Source: Macrostomum lignano (lineage: Eukaryota). Taken from it: 64,000 nt of DNA. How positions within the stretch are numbered: the first letter of the stretch is position 1; each line of letters opens with the position of its first letter. Where the stretch lies: the NCBI GenBank assembly GCA_002269645.1, contig NIVC01000963.1:62001-126000 (forward strand), given 5' to 3'. Position numbers and translations under genes: made by a program. This document shows positions 59,015 through 64,000 of the stretch, one piece after another. Below the pieces are notes generated by a model. That model saw nothing but the letters and a program-made list of their open reading frames with translations. It was not told where the DNA came from and made no database searches.

Positions 59015-60843
59015 GTGAAGTACAGGTGTCTTGCCTGTGGTTGTCTAGAGGCCTTCAATAGGAACGCTGCCCCGGTGAAGTACAGTTGCTTGAGCTCCTC
59101 TGGGAAGTCTCCGGGTTGATCTAGTAGCGTTGGTAGTGCTGCCACCAGCTTCGCAGAGTCGCAGCCTTCGGTGAGGTGCTGAGCTCGTAGAAGCAAATAA
59201 TTAAGACGAGAGAAAGAGACTCGCACTCCGTGCAGATTTAGCAGTTCTCGCGCAGAGGTGCCCACCGTCAGCAGTCCCTGCCGGGCTAGTGCGGGGTGAG
59301 AGCGAAAGTACTAGCTTCGGGCGGTCTGAGCTGGCCTGCTAGCTGATAGCAGGAACAATCAGAGGCAGTCACGCGCAAAGTCGGGAGTTTGGAGTTCACT
59401 TGAAGCGCAAACTGGGCACACAAACTTAGAGTTCGCTAGAAACGAAAACGGGACGCGGAAAACGCTAGAAACGGTAGGAACGGAAGGAACGAAAGGAAAC
59501 GCAAGGAAAGGAAGGCTGAAACGGAAGGGCCGGTTAACGGAAGGAAAGAAAGGCTTGTCTGAGCCAAGCCAGGAGAGGGGCTGCATTTATAGGGAGGATC
59601 GATTGCACCATAGCACGAAAGGCCCCCGCTGAGAGTCATAAGTGACTCTGTTGCTATTTTTAGCAACAAACAAGCGGGCCCTGCCTCAGAGGAGGCAAGG
59701 GGGGGTCCGGGCGCACGTGATCTCCCCATAAACACGAGCCCAGCGTACAATGATGAAATCATTGCACTTTGGACTGAAGAAGGAAGAGGGCCTTGTCATG
59801 TGACTGACTCACATGACAAGGGGAAAAGGCCCACAAGTGAAGGCACTCGTGACCGTGGGACCGGAAAACAGGAAGGCACTCCAAATTTGGAGATGCCTGA
59901 CAGAGAACGAAACAGAGGCAGGCCAGACCAAGCTGTCTGGGCACTGCAAAAAGGGAAAGCGAGACAAAAGGGGCAAACGAGGACAAACAGACAGACAGAC
60001 AAACGGGCAGAGGACAGGCCAGGGACAGGCGGGAGGGACAGGCAACTGCCCAGCGGCAGACAGAAACCTGGGGAGAAGGCGAGGGCAACAGCTGACTAGT
60101 GCGGCGCCTAACTAAACTAGCGACTCACTACATCTTCTTACTTAAATGTAGCAGCTCCACGTCGGAGCAGAAGACATAACAAGAATCTTCAGGATGAGCA
60201 AATGATTTGACTATACATGTATTTGTATTTTTTTAATGTTCGTTGTCAGAGTTCGTCAACTGATATATAAGTAGAAAGTATAGAATGTGGCGTGAAAGCT
60301 TGCAAAAATGTAATTGCTATGCGAGCGCCAATAGTGATAGTAGATCTAGAAGTTCGGTTCAGTTCAGATAATGGGTGGAGCGTAGAATTTGGCAGACGAA
60401 ATGATAAAAATCGAACAGAAATCGGCCCTAGCAGCGTCCACTCCCGGGTTTGATTCCTCTTTTTGCTAGTTGCAATTGCTTATGTACGTGTATAATTGTT
60501 ACAGGTACTAACAGTACAGGAGCGTGCCATTAAAACATGTGTCATGGCACCTAGGCATGCTTTTTATGACTAAACCTATCCTGGAGCTTTATATAATGGA
60601 TGTTCGTTGCGCGAAACTGGACATCGGTTGTTGAAATCTACCATGTGCAGGGTACCATAGGAACAGGATTTGCCAATTGGATCCTTTACATCATAAATAA
60701 ACCACATTATTTATTCTGTTGCTATAATTTTATACAATTCGCAGTATTTATTGTTTATTGGTAATTTAATAAGCATAGTTCAGTTTCGCTTCCTATCACA
60801 TTTCTTTAAGTTTGTGCTTCGTTCACGCACTCATTCAAAGTAA

Positions 60844-63719
60844 GTAGCGCAAAATATTTCAAAACACAAAAAGGATAAAAACAAAAGCTTTACCTTAATA
60901 AACGCCTATATACCCCCACTGTCTTCAAAATATTATGAAGAAGAAAATTGGGAACAGTTAACAATTCTCCTGGATGCTTACCACTCCGAAGAAAACATTT
61001 TCCTTATTGGAGACTTCAATGCTCATATATACAATACCTCGTACATAGATTTAAATTCAATATATACCACCAGAGCAAAAAACATCTCACTTACTAGACA
61101 AAGCCAAGACAAGAAAACCTGCAAAAATGGTAGACTACTTAACCAGATTACTGACTCATACAACCTGCATCTAATCAATGGTAGATCATTATCAGACACA
61201 AATGGTGAATTCACCTTTCTCTCAAAATCTGGTTCCTCTGTTATAGATCTCTGTTTCGTCTCTACCAGCTTACTCCAACACCTCGAAGACTTTAAAGTAA
61301 AGAACCACACCTACTTTAGCGACCACAACCAAATAGTGCTCTCCCTATCAAGTGAATTCACAGAGGAAATCACAGAAACTAAACAAGCAACCAATAACTC
61401 GAAAACGAGATACAGAGTCCTAAAAAAGTCACATAAACCCAACCTGCAACAAGAAAAACATATCAATAACTTCGCAAATGACCTGAAAAACATGCATGAC
61501 AAAATCACAAATCTAGACATACAAAACCCAGCTTTTATAAATGAATTAAGTAGAAAAGTTAGACAAATTCAAAACAACATCACAGTAGAGATAAAGAACC
61601 CACTATGCTCAACTCTGCCTCGCTTCCTTAAAGATTTAAGAAACGCTGCTAGACATGCCTGAACAACAGAGTAACAATTGATGAAAAATTTGTCATACAC
61701 TTTCAAAATCTTGTAACTGAACAAGACAGCAGCATTAGACTATCATACGATCTTCACCTTGACAACCCTATCCTGGCTGATTTAGAGGATTTCAATGCCC
61801 CATTCACCAAAGAAGAAATTATAAAACATATCAAAAAGCTCAAAACCGACAAAGCACCTGGGCACGATAAAGTATATGTAGAAACACTCAAATACCTCGA
61901 GAACGAACTTGCTGACCTCCTATGCTCACTTTTCAACGAAGCACTCAAACAAGGAACCTTCCCAACTAGTTGGATAACAAATACACTTCATCCGATTTAT
62001 AAAAACAAAGGCAGCAGTGCCGACCCCAACAATTACAGAGGAATCTGCATTCAACCAATTCTTGGCAAGCTGTTTTGCCAAATTATTAAATCCAGACTCG
62101 AAAACCTAGCATACACAAACAATCTTATATCAAAATACCAATACGGTTTCAAGCCCAATCACAGCACAATCGACCAATGTTTTAATCTTTACAACATTAT
62201 AAACCAATCCATCTACAACAAAGAAGAACTCTTTATTGGATTTGTTGACTATGAAAAAGCCTTCGATAGCTTAAATCAACCGACCCTTTGGTGCAAAACG
62301 GATAATCAGGGTATTAAAGGTCAAATGATGGAACTTATCAAGAACATGCATAAAAATGCCTGCTTCATTCTAAAAAAAGATGATGATGATGATGAAACCC
62401 AGCCAATCCCAATATCTAAAGGTGTTCTTCAAGGCAACCCTCTCTCTACCATTCTTTTTGAACTATATATTGACGACATTGTTGAATATCTGGAACTCTC
62501 TAGCGCTAGGCGCTCTCTTACGAGATCTGCTTTCCCACTCATCCTACTCTTTGCAGACGATCAAGCCATTCTAGCTAAAAACAAAGACGAACTTCAAGAC
62601 ACATTTACGACTATGGAAAATTACTGCAAACAAAATTACTTGAAAGTAAACGCAAGCAAAACAAAGTTTATGCAGGGCAATACCAGACAAAAAAACGACA
62701 CAGATAGCATTGCTACAAAAATATACTACGACAACCAAGAAATAGAAGAAGTAAATGAATTTAAATACCTGGGAATTATTTTTGAACCAAAAAACAGCTT
62801 TAAAAAATGTATTGAACACCAAACTAAGCAGGGATATACAGCCATGTTTTCCCTACTCCATAGGGTAAAGAATACGTCCCTAGACATCACACTCATTCGC
62901 AGACTATTTGACGCGCTTGTTACCCCCGTTATCACTTACGGTTGTGAGCTCTGGGGCCCTCTGGCTACCATGTCTGATACAAAAGCTATTGATAATATTC
63001 AGCTGAAATTCTACAAATATCTCCTCAATCTACCAAAATTTGCTAGCAACAGTGTGATATCATCAGAACTTGAGCTTACTCCAATCTCTCAACGAATCGC
63101 TAAAACCTACCTCATCTACTGGCTGAAGATTAGACACAAAAAACTCTGCCAAACGACTCTAGAAATTTTCTACTCAAGCACCGGCCAAAAAAATCCATGG
63201 AAAATGAATGTACTAAAGAAACTAGAAAGTATAGACCTAAAAGCACTAACTGAAGATAAACTTTCCCAAAGCTTTAATAGCGAGAAATACCTAGTGAAAA
63301 AGCACCTCAAGATACACAGAGAAAGAGAACTTAGCCAAAAGCTAGAGAATCAGCAACATATTAAACTCTACAAAAACGCCTATCTCTACAAAAAAATCTG
63401 CAGGCCCGACCTTTCAGATTACTTCCCATGTACATTTAGAAACAAAAAATTCTTAACAACCCTCCTAAAACTGAAATGCGAGATTACACCCAACTTTTTT
63501 TCTCAAGAACCATGTAAATTGTGTGGAGCGCGAAATGGTTCTGACATTCTACACTACTTGACCGAATGTCCACAAACTGAAGAGATCAGGAAAAAATACT
63601 TCTGTCAATACCTCTTAAATAGCAATCAAATACACAAGATAGGATATGCTACAAATGAAAAAAGAGTCAGAAAAGAACTCACTGGTGTAGCTAAAATATA
63701 TGAAGTCATGAATAGCTAA
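60844..63719 (+). pseudogene. 5'-truncated APE-type non-LTR retrotransposon (LINE) ORF2; clade uncertain
   Basis: Endonuclease motifs NAYIPP, IGDFNAH, GSSVIDL and SDHN (frame open 60844-61662). After a frameshift and probable deletion at ~61655, a frame open 61653-63719 carries KAPGHD, NYRGI, QYGF, DYEKAFDS, GVLQG, LFADD and a C-terminal CxxC..H..C. Confidence 0.92.
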
Positions 63720-64000
63720 AACAGTTAAACAAACTGAATCAGATACATTAGCAGTGTAACAAATCCGCTTTTCAGTTGTTTATTCATTTACTGTCTTTTT
63801 TAATTCCCTATTTAAATCGTCGTTATTCGTTAAACGTAAAGTTCTTCCGAAGTATTGTTTATGTTCGTTTTTTCACGCTTTGAAATATCACGCGCTTTCA
63901 AAAATACTACATCTTTTTTTACAAACTCGCTTACCAAAGTAATCTCGCAATTAAAGCTATACCTCGTAATTTGTACTCATTTTTGTATTAATATTTATAC

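Larger units (their letters stand above)
49907..60132 (-). mobile_element. Ty3/Gypsy LTR retrotransposon B nested in the 3' LTR of element A
   Basis: LTRs 59016-60132 (5', 1117 bp) and 49907-51024 (3', 1118 bp); the one difference noticed is a single-A indel. 4-bp TSD TCTT. PPT GGGGAGAG at 51025-51032. PBS at 58991-59014. Confidence 0.97.
45390..60181 (+). mobile_element. Ty3/Gypsy LTR retrotransposon A (Mag-like), 3' LTR interrupted by element B
   Basis: 5' LTR 45390-45611 (TG..CA, 222 bp). 3' LTR 49730-49906 plus 60137-60181 (177+45=222 bp). 5-bp TSD AGAAT (45385-89, 60182-86). PBS TGGCGACGAG at 45613. PPT aaaagggggaa at 49719-49729. Confidence 0.97.

Overview
Eukaryotic, repeat-rich genomic DNA. 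GC-rich coding islands, GT-AG introns, abundant minisatellites and a DEG/ENaC gene suggest an invertebrate; a flatworm such as Macrostomum is only a guess. Host genes: an intronless vWA + papain-like (C1) protease + Zn-ribbon ORF (1131-3314,+), a 3-exon DEG/ENaC channel (42225-44795,-) and orphan exons. The main structure is a ~24.1-kb CACTA/EnSpm-type DNA transposon (8574-32655). It has 11-bp TIRs (CCCAGTGGGGA) and a 2-bp TT target duplication, and it splits one 27-bp satellite array into two halves. It carries a spliced transposase and a divergently transcribed DUF4806-like gene near its right end, plus a ~12-kb inverted-arm (foldback-like) block and several MITEs, one only 46 bp long. The right third holds a young Ty3/Gypsy element (45390-60181, 222-bp LTRs, TSD AGAAT). 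A second young, antisense Gypsy element (49907-60132, ~1.1-kb LTRs, TSD TCTT) is nested in its 3' LTR. The nested element has a G_GGA_AAC -1 frameshift site, a long repeat-built RNaseH-integrase linker, two accessory ORFs with SIM-like and LC8(TQT)-like motifs, and a tRNA-Leu PBS followed by tandem tRNA T-arm-complementary repeats. A 5'-truncated APE-type LINE ends the window. No rRNA, tRNA gene or CRISPR array is supported. All identifications come from motif reading by eye; no database search was run.
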